Shown here: positions 55,747-64,000 of the stretch, piece by piece
Layout: the number at the start of each line of letters is the position of its first letter
How positions within the stretch are numbered: the stretch's first letter is position 1
Virus record (IMG/VR): IMGVR_UViG_3300035698_018317
Span: 161,285 to 225,284 of that record
Reading direction: 5' to 3' (one strand)
Length of the DNA stretch: 64,000 nucleotides
Translations under genes and position numbers: made by a program
The notes under the pieces: model-generated
What the model was told of the DNA's origin: nothing
The model's input: the letters and a program-made list of their open reading frames with translations, nothing else
Databases searched by the model: none

Positions 55747-56015
55747 ATTTCTTTAGTTTGTAGGTGAATAATTTCTGAATTAGATAGCATAAATTCGCTA
55801 GTTATGTTACTATTATCTATAGAATATTCAGCCCATATTATAAACCCTTTGGATATGAGTTCAAACCTTGTCATCTTAAGATTATGTATTGTTCCTTGTA
55901 TATCAAGGTGTTTATGAGAATACTCAGCACAAAGAGAAAGTAATTCACGATAGTTCGTGAACTGAGTCCAAGAAGTTAATAATAAGTTTTCAATTTTATC
56001 TAGGTTAAGTATCAA
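55743..56015 (-). CDS. hypothetical protein
   Basis: ORF convergent with previous gene. Confidence 0.5.
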   Translation of the reverse strand: MILNLDKIENLLLTSWTQFTNYRELLSLCAEYSHKHLDIQGTIHNLKMTRFELISKGFIIWAEYSIDNSNITSEFMLSNSEIIHLQTKEI

Positions 56016-56027
56016 GAGGATTTACCT

Positions 56028-56273
56028 ATGAATGATTCGAATTTAAGAGAGTATACAAAAACTTTATCTGATACGGATGTTTCTTTTTTATACATTCGTT
56101 TTCAACAGCGTTTAGGCGGTGACACAGAAGAAATTTGTCAAGTTTTAGCTAGAAGTAGAGAAGTAGATAGATGGTTAACTTCAGCAAAAAATCATGATGA
56201 ATGGGATGTGATGTTTGAACAGGTGGCACGAATAATTTCAGAATCACACAAAAGCAGGAAATTAGACCGTTAG
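56028..56273 (+). CDS. hypothetical protein
   Basis: SD GAGGA. Confidence 0.65.
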   Translation: MNDSNLREYTKTLSDTDVSFLYIRFQQRLGGDTEEICQVLARSREVDRWLTSAKNHDEWDVMFEQVARIISESHKSRKLDR

Positions 56274-57379
56274 ACGAAGATGTTATTTGGTGAGCTTATT
56301 AAGTTCACATCTTCAAGTTTTTCTTCATTGGCTAGATTTTCAAGCGTGAAGTCGGACGCCTTATAAATTCCATCTTTTACAACGAGAGCAAATCCACTGG
56401 GTTTGCTCTCGTTTGTTTTTCTAGTATTTAATACGTATTCGTAAGTGAGAACCGGACATGGTATTGGCTCTAGGTTGATAAGTAATAAAGCAATCCATTT
56501 GTCTTTGTATTGAAAAATATGTTTGTCTTTTTTGAATACTATAGGATTTTTAGTGCTTGTAAATATAAAATGGTCTATATCGTTACTTTCCCAGTTTATT
56601 AAGTTTTCATTTCTTTGGATGGTGTCTTTTGGGTCGATGACACTTACATCTGCTTTGGCTTTAAATACATCATTCCCTATTTTAATAGGAATATAATGAT
56701 TTTCTATTGGTAAAGAAAGAGCAAGCATATGTTCTTCTGGTTCTGGAGGTGGCCCATTTTCACAGCATTGGCCTGTCAAAGAAACAGCATCTAAAAAACA
56801 TCCTTGGTCCGAGGGATTCGTAGGTTTAATTGTTACCATAACTGTAGATGCATTTGGCGTAAATACTATTTCTTTAGTCTTCCATGAGCCAGTTATAGAG
56901 TCGGTTATATAAGTTGTCAATGTTCCAGTAGTTGTATTGGTAATTTCGACTTCAAAATCTTCATAATCTGTTGGGCTTTGATGTTCGTTTCTAGCTTGAT
57001 AAGCGAAGCTTAAAGTATGTTGTGTGCCACCATCGGAGATGGTAACAGTCTGGGTGACACCCCAACCTTCGGATGCTTGGGCTTGTAGTTCTACGAAGTA
57101 AGTGCCTTCATAAGCAGGAGTGCTCATGCCTGCTCCATTCCAAAACTCTATGTTCCAATTACCAGTTGGAGTGGTTGACTCTATCGCACAATCCCAACCA
57201 TCAACACTTCCTTGGTCTACCCATTCAAAATTCCCAGTTATTGACCCTTGTTCAAAACCCCCGTTTATTAACAATTCCCCACAGTCGCAGCATTCACATA
57301 GCATGGTCCAGCATGGGTCTTGAAGTAAACATGCTTTGATATCGTCTGCAATTCCTTGTCCATCGGTAATAAGTGGCAT
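56270..57379 (-). CDS. virion protein with galactose-binding-like (DUF642-like) jelly-roll domain
   Basis: LLINGGFE...W...VELQ...QTVT...LSFAY.AR; ATAAATA upstream. Confidence 0.65.
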   Translation of the reverse strand: MPLITDGQGIADDIKACLLQDPCWTMLCECCDCGELLINGGFEQGSITGNFEWVDQGSVDGWDCAIESTTPTGNWNIEFWNGAGMSTPAYEGTYFVELQAQASEGWGVTQTVTISDGGTQHTLSFAYQARNEHQSPTDYEDFEVEITNTTTGTLTTYITDSITGSWKTKEIVFTPNASTVMVTIKPTNPSDQGCFLDAVSLTGQCCENGPPPEPEEHMLALSLPIENHYIPIKIGNDVFKAKADVSVIDPKDTIQRNENLINWESNDIDHFIFTSTKNPIVFKKDKHIFQYKDKWIALLLINLEPIPCPVLTYEYVLNTRKTNESKPSGFALVVKDGIYKASDFTLENLANEEKLEDVNLISSPNNIFV

Positions 57380-57386
57380 ACCTTAT

Positions 57387-57737
57387 TTATGCCTGATTAC
57401 TCTCATCTCCAAAAAAACCATCTGGGTATTCTATTTTAACGCTTCCGTCCCCTTTTGTTTTTTTACCTTTTTCATCTTCTACCCACCATTTTACTTGCTG
57501 AACTTCAGGTTTAAATGATTCATTTTTTCCTTCTTCATTCATGGCGGTAAATTGGTCTTCAAAGAAACAGGTATCGTTTTTGTCTACGGGGATATGAATT
57601 TTTTCTCCATCGTGTAGAACAATAACCCCACATAGATTTTCTTTTGGATTAAATAATCTGCACTTCCCACATAGAGGTTTTACTTTTTCTTTATCTTTAC
57701 TGAAGATTTCTTTTATTTTTATTATTTTCTTTTGCAT
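57387..57737 (-). CDS. hypothetical protein
   Basis: CGKC...C...C cluster. Confidence 0.6.
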   Translation of the reverse strand: MQKKIIKIKEIFSKDKEKVKPLCGKCRLFNPKENLCGVIVLHDGEKIHIPVDKNDTCFFEDQFTAMNEEGKNESFKPEVQQVKWWVEDEKGKKTKGDGSVKIEYPDGFFGDESNQA

Positions 57738-57807
57738 TTTTTTATAGAAACATGATTTAATTTATGTTAAACTAATTGAGTAATATATAAAAGATTTTAG
57801 GAGAAAT

Positions 57808-58251
57808 ATGAAACTTAAACAATCAGGTGGTGAAGAACAATTTAAAACAGGTGCGGTCAGAGATGTGGCCGATGACAAACCAAGACCTGATTTGATATCC
57901 CCGTTTGCCGAAGAACGGTTGGGGGTGTGGATGAGATTAGGTGCTGTCCGATACGCTGAGAGGAATTGGGAACAAGGGATGCCTATGTCTCGTACTCTTG
58001 CCTCTTTAAATAGGCATTTAATGTGGTACAAACAAGGAAAGAAGGATGAAGACCATCTTTCGGCAATTATGTTTAATGCCATGGCTTTGATTCACCATGA
58101 AGAGATGATAAAAAGAGGGGTGTTGCCCAAAGAGTTAGGAGATTTGCAAACATATTCTATTGAAAGTCAAAATGATAATGAAGCAAAAAAGATTTCGCCC
58201 TCTAAAAAGAAAGCCAACAAGAAAACGCACAATAAGACGAAGAAAGGATAA
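57808..58251 (+). CDS. dATP/dGTP diphosphohydrolase-like (DUF5664)
   Basis: TGAVRD..DKPR.DLI...GA.RY..RNWE.GM...SL.RHL...EDHL.A..FN. Confidence 0.82.
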   Translation: MKLKQSGGEEQFKTGAVRDVADDKPRPDLISPFAEERLGVWMRLGAVRYAERNWEQGMPMSRTLASLNRHLMWYKQGKKDEDHLSAIMFNAMALIHHEEMIKRGVLPKELGDLQTYSIESQNDNEAKKISPSKKKANKKTHNKTKKG

Positions 58252-58252
58252 T

Positions 58253-58741
58253 ATGAGAAGTAGCTGGAAAGAATTATTGAAGGTAGCATATGAGGAAGCT
58301 GTTAACAGTCCAGACCCATCAACTCAAAATGCGGCTTTGTTGGTGAATGATGGGGCTGTTGTTTTAAAGGCGGTTAACGAGTTCCCAATTGGCGTGGAGT
58401 ACACAGAGGAAAGATGGGAAAGACCTTTAAAATATAAAATTATTGAACACGCAGAAAGAAATGTAATTTATAAGGCCGCAAGACAAGGAATCGCTACTGA
58501 TGGGTTAACAATGGTTTCTCCATGGTCGTGTTGTTCCGATTGTGCCCGTGCGATTATCCAAGCTGGAATAAAATGTTTAGTTAGACATAAAGATGCGGGT
58601 GATAGGTCGCCGGAATTTTGGGCAGAGGAAATAGCTATTGCGGACCAAATGCTCAAGGAAGCTGGTTTGGAAGTATTAGATTATCATGGTAAAATAGGTG
58701 CGCCGGAAGTACGTCATTCTGGTCAGATTTGGAGTCCATAA
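58253..58741 (+). CDS. dCMP deaminase
   Basis: S.DPSTQ..A, HAERN, PW.CC.DCARAIIQAGI. Confidence 0.88.
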   Translation: MRSSWKELLKVAYEEAVNSPDPSTQNAALLVNDGAVVLKAVNEFPIGVEYTEERWERPLKYKIIEHAERNVIYKAARQGIATDGLTMVSPWSCCSDCARAIIQAGIKCLVRHKDAGDRSPEFWAEEIAIADQMLKEAGLEVLDYHGKIGAPEVRHSGQIWSP

Positions 58742-58742
58742 T

Positions 58743-58925
58743 ATGCCAACATATTCATATCGTTGCAAAGCCTGTAAGAAAGATTTTGATATTTTTCATT
58801 CGATGAAAGATAAACCAAAAAAGAAATGTCCTAAATGCGGCAAGATGAAATTGGCTCGTGTTATCACAGCGCCGCCAGCCGTTATCTTTAAAGGACAAGG
58901 ATGGACACCTAAATATCATGATTAA
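58743..58925 (+). CDS. FmdB-family zinc-ribbon protein
   Basis: MPTYSYRCKAC...F...H.M...CPKCG...IFKGQGW. Confidence 0.88.
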   Translation: MPTYSYRCKACKKDFDIFHSMKDKPKKKCPKCGKMKLARVITAPPAVIFKGQGWTPKYHD

Positions 58926-59334
58926 AGGATGGAACACAGCTATCGTTCGTAAAAAGCCTAGTTTGCCTATGCAATGGCTTGATAATAATGGTTATTTAAA
59001 AGGTAGACAATTAGATTATGGATGTGGCCGTGGGTTTGATGCGGAGTACTATGAGATAGACCGATATGACCCACACTGGTTCCCAGACAGTCCTGTTGGG
59101 CTTTACGACACTATTACATGTAATTATGTTTTAAATGTGGTCACGAAAAAAAAAGAAAGAGCCATTATAGAACATATAAAAACCTTACTTACTGGGACAG
59201 CATTTTTTACTGTTCGTCGTGATATAAAGAAGAGTCAAAAAGGAAGAGGGGTAATTCAGAGGTTAGTGAAATTAGATTTACCTTTGGTATATGAAAAAAA
59301 AGGAGCGTTTGCTATCTATTCTTTTGATTCCTGA
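58918..59334 (+). CDS. class I SAM-dependent methyltransferase
   Basis: LDYGCGRGFD, YDP, YDTITCNYVLNV. Confidence 0.82.
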   Translation: MIKGWNTAIVRKKPSLPMQWLDNNGYLKGRQLDYGCGRGFDAEYYEIDRYDPHWFPDSPVGLYDTITCNYVLNVVTKKKERAIIEHIKTLLTGTAFFTVRRDIKKSQKGRGVIQRLVKLDLPLVYEKKGAFAIYSFDS

Positions 59335-59980
59335 CTTTTTTCTTAAGTAGGTCGATTCCTTTTTCGGTTATGACAACAAATTTCCACCCTCTATGCTTAC
59401 AAGCTTTGTTAGCTGCACGCCATTTATTTTGGTTCACTTCTAAGAAAGTTTGGTTGGCTGGTTTGATTTCCCAAACTTCAGTCTTGCCATCTATAAATTT
59501 CACAATTAAATCTGGAATATATTTGTGTTCTTTTCCTTTGTGTAAATAGGCAATTTTGAAAGGTTCGACACTAAAAGCATTGACTTCAACATCTACATCT
59601 AAACATTCATAAATTGTTTGTTCATATCCTGAACGATAATGAAGAGGTTTTTTCATTTTTTGGGATTGAAAATATCCTTCTCTAAATTTTGGTTTACGAG
59701 TTTTTTTCTTTTTCTTTGGTGCTATATCACGCCACACAATAGATTTCATCATCCCTGTTTTAGGAATGTTTTCGCTAGGGTGTTTAACTTTGAAATGTGC
59801 CCTCATATCTCTTACAGGGGCACCACAACGGCTTAACGGACATATAAGGTAGTCTCTACCCTCTTCATGTTCTTCAAAGATATGTTCTTTGAATTCTTTA
59901 AATGTTTCAAATTTCACACCACACACGAAGCATTGGTATTTGCGTTTATCTTTATTTGGAATGTCGAATGGGAGGGCCAT
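59312..59980 (-). CDS. TnsA-like / T4 gp4-like head completion nuclease with C2H2 fingers
   Basis: YRSGYE, EPF.I.Y, YIPDL, WEIKP, KW.AA...C...GWKF..ITE. Confidence 0.8.
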   Translation of the reverse strand: MALPFDIPNKDKRKYQCFVCGVKFETFKEFKEHIFEEHEEGRDYLICPLSRCGAPVRDMRAHFKVKHPSENIPKTGMMKSIVWRDIAPKKKKKTRKPKFREGYFQSQKMKKPLHYRSGYEQTIYECLDVDVEVNAFSVEPFKIAYLHKGKEHKYIPDLIVKFIDGKTEVWEIKPANQTFLEVNQNKWRAANKACKHRGWKFVVITEKGIDLLKKKVRNQKNR

Positions 59981-60327
59981 TACATATCTTTAAATGCATC
60001 TTCTCTAGAAATAGGTTTTATTTTTTCTAAATTAGATTGAGAAAATATCTTTTGTTCTTTATGGTTTTTTGATAATTTTTTAATATTAACGCCAACGAAT
60101 GTGGATTGTTTAGCCCATGCAATATCTTCATCTTCAGGTGATTTCATTCGTGCAAAAGCTAATCTGGTATCTTCTGTGCCACCGTATGGCTCTCCATCGA
60201 AGGTAAAGAAGAAAGAAATATTCTCTTCATCGGCCAACTTTTCTAATTCGTCTTTTTCAACGTTCTCGTCCCATATATCCAATAGTTCACGGAAGGATGA
60301 GAAATATGGTGATGTTTTCTTACTCAT
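59980..60327 (-). CDS. hypothetical protein
   Basis: ORF; GTATATA upstream. Confidence 0.6.
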   Translation of the reverse strand: MSKKTSPYFSSFRELLDIWDENVEKDELEKLADEENISFFFTFDGEPYGGTEDTRLAFARMKSPEDEDIAWAKQSTFVGVNIKKLSKNHKEQKIFSQSNLEKIKPISREDAFKDM

Positions 60328-60356
60328 ACAGGTATATACTATGGAAAAGGGATTAT

Positions 60357-60782
60357 ATGCAATTATCGTTTAAAAAATTTATAGAATTAGAGAAAGTTGA
60401 ACCAGATTTTCTGGGTAAAACCGCAGATGAATTGGCTATAGACCCTAAGAGTTTTAAAGCGGCACCACAATGGCTCGGAGCAGCACAGTTTGGTAGTTAT
60501 TACTATAATGGGATGACATATACCATTAAAAACTTCCTTCCTGAAGACCCACAATCTGAGGATGAAATAACTGGCGCTGTGTTAACAGCGATGCCAGCGG
60601 TAGATACTCAACGTGCGTATTATGCAGATAAAAAAGGTCGTACTATTCGTTCTCCGAATAATGACCCAGAAGAAGGTAGAGAAGTCACTGTAGATAGAAA
60701 AACCTTAAACGACATGATGACACAAGGGATGAACCAGCCACAACAACAGCAAGCGGGTGGTATGCCCGGAGGAATGATGTAA
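60357..60782 (+). CDS. hypothetical protein with CTS-like N-terminus (MQLSFKKFIELE) and Q/G/M tail
   Basis: Shared motif; ends QPQQQQAGGMPGGMM. Confidence 0.68.
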   Translation: MQLSFKKFIELEKVEPDFLGKTADELAIDPKSFKAAPQWLGAAQFGSYYYNGMTYTIKNFLPEDPQSEDEITGAVLTAMPAVDTQRAYYADKKGRTIRSPNNDPEEGREVTVDRKTLNDMMTQGMNQPQQQQAGGMPGGMM

Positions 60783-60973
60783 TGGAAACACCTAAAGAAA
60801 ATACATTTACAAGTTTTAAGCAATTTATAAAATTGCAGGAAGTAGGAACTAGTACAGGCGATGTAGCAGCTTTTAAGAGGATGACCATACCGGGACAGAT
60901 TAAGAGACAATTTCCTCCTTGGGGAGATGAAGACCCATTCTTCAAGAAGAAAAAAAAGAAATTGCTTGGATAG
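60782..60973 (+). CDS. small protein with FKQFIKLQE motif
   Basis: Translationally coupled to previous gene; shared motif. Confidence 0.6.
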   Translation: METPKENTFTSFKQFIKLQEVGTSTGDVAAFKRMTIPGQIKRQFPPWGDEDPFFKKKKKKLLG

Positions 60974-61175
60974 TTGAATAAAATAAACTATTATAAGAGC
61001 AGTGTTCGGACAACAGCACCAACACTAAACTTGGCATACCCGTGCCAGCGGTTAGGAAGCCGACCTTTTGTTGCAATAGTGTTTTACAAGTGAAATAGAG
61101 AATTAGATATAATAATGGAAATTTGAAGTTGATGCTGAATAAGTTGTTGCAGCAAAGATGAAATTCCAAAAAAAT

Positions 61176-61210
61176 AAAAAACCCACTTAAATAATTTTAA
61201 GTGGGTTTTT
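61176..61210. terminator. terminator-like hairpin
   Basis: AAAAACCCACTTAA...TTAAGTGGGTTTTT. Confidence 0.7.
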
Positions 61211-61248
61211 GTTTTGTAATTGAATTTGATTTAAGATATAATCTTTTT

Positions 61249-62145
61249 ATGAAATCAATACACATTGTAGAAGATACATTACCTGTTGCATGGGAAAAGG
61301 CTGTTTTAGCTTGTTGGGAAGAGGGTGAGAATTTTCCTACTGAATATGATAAAGAAAGTGACCCAAATAGCCGGGACGTTACCGCACTTATCCATGTCAA
61401 AAACCCAATGGCAGAACCTAGAATTCATCGTGCGTTTCCCGGTGGTCTACATGATTTAGAAAAATATCGTTCAGAAGTTATGTACGGAGTCCACAACCAT
61501 TGGATAGACCCTAAAGCTGGTAAATGGGAATACACATATCATGAAAGATTGTTTGAATACGATGTGGCAGAAGTTGTAACAACAACTCCGAAGAGTGGTA
61601 TTACCTATCCGTTTACACATATATGTACGCAGTATGACCAAATACAAAAATGTATTGAAATGATTAAGGCTTGTCCCTTCACCAGACGTGCTCAGGCCGT
61701 GACATGGAAAGTGTGGGAAGATTTAGGCATTTCCGACCCAACTTGTTTACAGAGAATTTGGGTTCGCTGTCAAGATGGTAAAATGCATATGAATGTTCAT
61801 ATGAGAAGCAACGATGCATTCAAAGCGGCTTTCATGAATATGCACGCCTTCACAGAATTACAGGCATATATGGCAGCAGAAGCCGGATATGAAATGGGGG
61901 AGTATATTCACATAGCAGATTCGTTCCACATCTACGGAAGTTATTTCGAAGATTTCAAAGGGTTCTTAAATATTGTTGACAAGCGAGAGCCTGAAGATAG
62001 AGTTTTCACAACCGAAGAAGCTAACTTTTTCTTTATTGATGGGTGTAATGAACTTTTAGCAGAAGAAGATATGCCAGAAAAGAAAAAAGAAATAGTTAGA
62101 GAAAGAAAAGCATATTTGGAAATGGGACTGGATGATGACAAATAA
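61249..62145 (+). CDS. thyA: thymidylate synthase (ThyA family, archaeal-like form)
   Basis: YTY.ERL, TRRAQ, PTCLQ, MRSND..KA..MN, H.ADSFHIY. Confidence 0.82.
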   Translation: MKSIHIVEDTLPVAWEKAVLACWEEGENFPTEYDKESDPNSRDVTALIHVKNPMAEPRIHRAFPGGLHDLEKYRSEVMYGVHNHWIDPKAGKWEYTYHERLFEYDVAEVVTTTPKSGITYPFTHICTQYDQIQKCIEMIKACPFTRRAQAVTWKVWEDLGISDPTCLQRIWVRCQDGKMHMNVHMRSNDAFKAAFMNMHAFTELQAYMAAEAGYEMGEYIHIADSFHIYGSYFEDFKGFLNIVDKREPEDRVFTTEEANFFFIDGCNELLAEEDMPEKKKEIVRERKAYLEMGLDDDK

Positions 62146-62398
62146 AAAAGAAATAGAAGTTTCAGAACAAAATCTACGTGATGTTTTAAAAATAAAAGAA
62201 ATGAGCAAAATACCAACACAGACACTTTGTGAAATTTTAGGAACGGTAGAGCGGTCAAAAAAAAGTTTAATAGAACGTATAATAGCAGGCTCATGGTTTA
62301 AAAAACGGGCTAAAAAACGGACTGAAAAATTGGTTAATGATTTAGATATTCTTATTCTTCGAAAAAATGGAGTTAATTTCCGAGTTCATTTAGGATAA
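62132..62398 (+). CDS. hypothetical protein
   Basis: ORF in operon. Confidence 0.55.
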   Translation: MMTNKKEIEVSEQNLRDVLKIKEMSKIPTQTLCEILGTVERSKKSLIERIIAGSWFKKRAKKRTEKLVNDLDILILRKNGVNFRVHLG

Positions 62399-62408
62399 AG
62401 GCACAAAT

Positions 62409-63245
62409 ATGAAAGCATTAGAAAACGTCTGGGATTTGGTTGGTAAATTTACTAAGAACCCAAAATATGTAGAAATTAGTAATTTGGCAATTGAATCTTG
62501 GATTGACAAGTTAAAGGAAGTAAAATTAGAAGATGAGGTTCGTCCTCCAAAAGTGACTAACGATGCTGAGTTATTGGAATACGAACTTATAGCTGGTGCA
62601 GTTAATTATTGCTATTGGTACGGGTCTCCAAAAGTAAGGCCGTGTGGAGCTAACGCATGGGCTATGTATAGTGTTTTAAATGAAGTGTATGACCCAAGAA
62701 GTTGTGATGTTATACCAGACTTTATTTCAGCTTTATCTTTAAATCGGTTCCCTCTTATGAATGAACGCTCATCTCATTTGATGGAGTTAGTTAATACTGA
62801 TTACAAAGCGATGGCAATGGAACTATACCGATGCAGAGATAATTTGGAGAGTTGTTTAGAAAAAATTCTTGTCTATCCGGGTTATGCAAATGATATGTTT
62901 TTGAAACGAGCATCTTTGTTTTTTATGCAAGTTGCAAGACAATCTGATATGTTTGAATCACAAATAAATATGTTGCCAGTTCCCGCTGATTATCAAGTTC
63001 CTAAGATGTTAGAACACATGGGAATATTGCAATATAGTGCCGAATTGAAAAAGACTATAGATGAAGGGATACTAATTCCTTCTGGTTCTCTTATGGAGTG
63101 TGAGATTCGAGCGTCTATGATTGCTGCGTGTCATACACTTTGTGTGAAATCTAAACAGAATTCAAGCGTTGTAGACTATTGGCTGTGGCTGAACAGGAAA
63201 TCATGTGATAATAATTTCCATTTGACGATTACTACTGATTACTAG
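62409..63245 (+). CDS. queuosine salvage protein (DUF2419/QNG1-like)
   Basis: AVNYCYW, KRA.L, ADYQVP..L...GILQYS..L...I..G..I..GS..E.EIRA, D..LW. Confidence 0.8.
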   Translation: MKALENVWDLVGKFTKNPKYVEISNLAIESWIDKLKEVKLEDEVRPPKVTNDAELLEYELIAGAVNYCYWYGSPKVRPCGANAWAMYSVLNEVYDPRSCDVIPDFISALSLNRFPLMNERSSHLMELVNTDYKAMAMELYRCRDNLESCLEKILVYPGYANDMFLKRASLFFMQVARQSDMFESQINMLPVPADYQVPKMLEHMGILQYSAELKKTIDEGILIPSGSLMECEIRASMIAACHTLCVKSKQNSSVVDYWLWLNRKSCDNNFHLTITTDY

Positions 63246-63291
63246 GAATATATTAGTATAGATATTGAGACTTAGTTAGCATACATAGTAT

Positions 63292-64000
63292 ATGAAATTA
63301 AAACTATCAGAAAAACAACATGAAGAGATAATTAAAAAATATTTAGATGGCGTGGCATCAAAGGCATTAGCCGTAGAGTATAACGTCAGTCAATCAACAA
63401 TAAATAGAGTTATTTTAAAAAGATTAGGGAGACAAGTTTATAGGCTTTCTAATAGCGATAAAAATGACATTATTGAAAAATTTAAACTTATATGTATCGG
63501 TGAATTAGCTAAAGAATATAATGTTCATGAGAACACTATACGTCGTATATTGTTTAATGCTGGTGTTAGAGAAAAGAAATATGAATTTACTACTAATGGT
63601 GGGTTTTCAGAGAAACAAAAAAAAGAAATGATTCGATTATATACAAAAGAAAATAGAGGGAAAGATTATATAGCCGGATTATTTAATTGTTCTGACTATA
63701 CAATAAAATATTGGTTTGAGAAATGGGGAGTTAAAACTATCTCAAGGTCATCTATTTCGAAGAAAATACGTGAAATTTATGGTTCCACAAATGGTTTTAC
63801 AGGAAAGAAACATACAAACATAAGTAAGTCAAAAATACGTGAATCATTAAAAAAATCTTGGAAAACTGGAAATAGAAAACCAACAATAGGAAAATCTAGG
63901 ACATATACGACTATTGTTGGAAAAGTATTAGGAAAGTATGAAGTTGCTTTTTTGCAAAAATTTTATGAAAATGGAGAGTCTCTTCCGCAACCTTGTCGAA
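63292..64000 (+). CDS. putative homing endonuclease with HTH repeats and NUMOD3 motif, partial
   Basis: Three HTH-like repeats (LA.EYNV...TI.R); F.GKKHT..SK.KI NUMOD3; runs off the window end. Confidence 0.7.
   Translation, partial: MKLKLSEKQHEEIIKKYLDGVASKALAVEYNVSQSTINRVILKRLGRQVYRLSNSDKNDIIEKFKLICIGELAKEYNVHENTIRRILFNAGVREKKYEFTTNGGFSEKQKKEMIRLYTKENRGKDYIAGLFNCSDYTIKYWFEKWGVKTISRSSISKKIREIYGSTNGFTGKKHTNISKSKIRESLKKSWKTGNRKPTIGKSRTYTTIVGKVLGKYEVAFLQKFYENGESLPQPCR

Noticed and set aside
1-64000. Stop-codon reassignment (alternative genetic code)
   Set aside because: Conserved genes are full length in code 11 and end with TAA, TAG and TGA; read-through of TAG 14052 hits another stop after about 17 codons, so that break is a frameshift

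Overview
This AT-rich window looks like part of a large T4-like/jumbo bacteriophage genome, and its long ORFs are intact in the standard code. It carries nucleotide-metabolism genes (dUTPase, class II RNR, MazG-like, dCMP deaminase, thymidylate synthase, DUF5664-like). It also carries replication/recombination genes (gp46/47-like SbcCD, UvsW-like helicase, RNase H, family A polymerase, DnaB/gp41 helicase, gp32-like SSB, RecA/UvsX), a glycosyl/sulfotransferase cluster, adhesin-like virion genes and HNH homing endonucleases. The most striking content lies outside the ORF track and forms an apparent tRNA-supply system. (1) A sigma70 promoter is followed by a 28-codon leader peptide whose 15-codon core (FYFSLSLLSSSLLLS) uses only Phe/Tyr/Ser/Leu codons. 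An antiterminator/terminator pair follows, directly upstream of a tRNA array made only of Ser, Phe, Tyr and Leu tRNAs. This looks like a ribosome-stalling attenuator that turns on phage tRNAs when host tRNAs are depleted. (2) A compact phage-encoded RNase P RNA lies on the minus strand at 29630-29858. (3) Several non-canonical tRNA-like RNAs are present: two 106-nt Leu-body RNAs with the same 22-nt anticodon-arm insertion, and a 148-nt RNA with an 11-bp acceptor-like stem. (4) There are candidate tRNA repair and queuosine-salvage enzymes. Separately, about ten small or medium genes share a T4 capsid-targeting-like N-terminus (MKTFxxF/WLxE), and most also have a TAAATA/TATATA motif just upstream of the ATG. 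They suggest a set of injected internal head proteins, including an ADP-ribosyltransferase-like and a nuclease-like protein. All calls come from reading motifs by eye; no database searches or folding programs were run.
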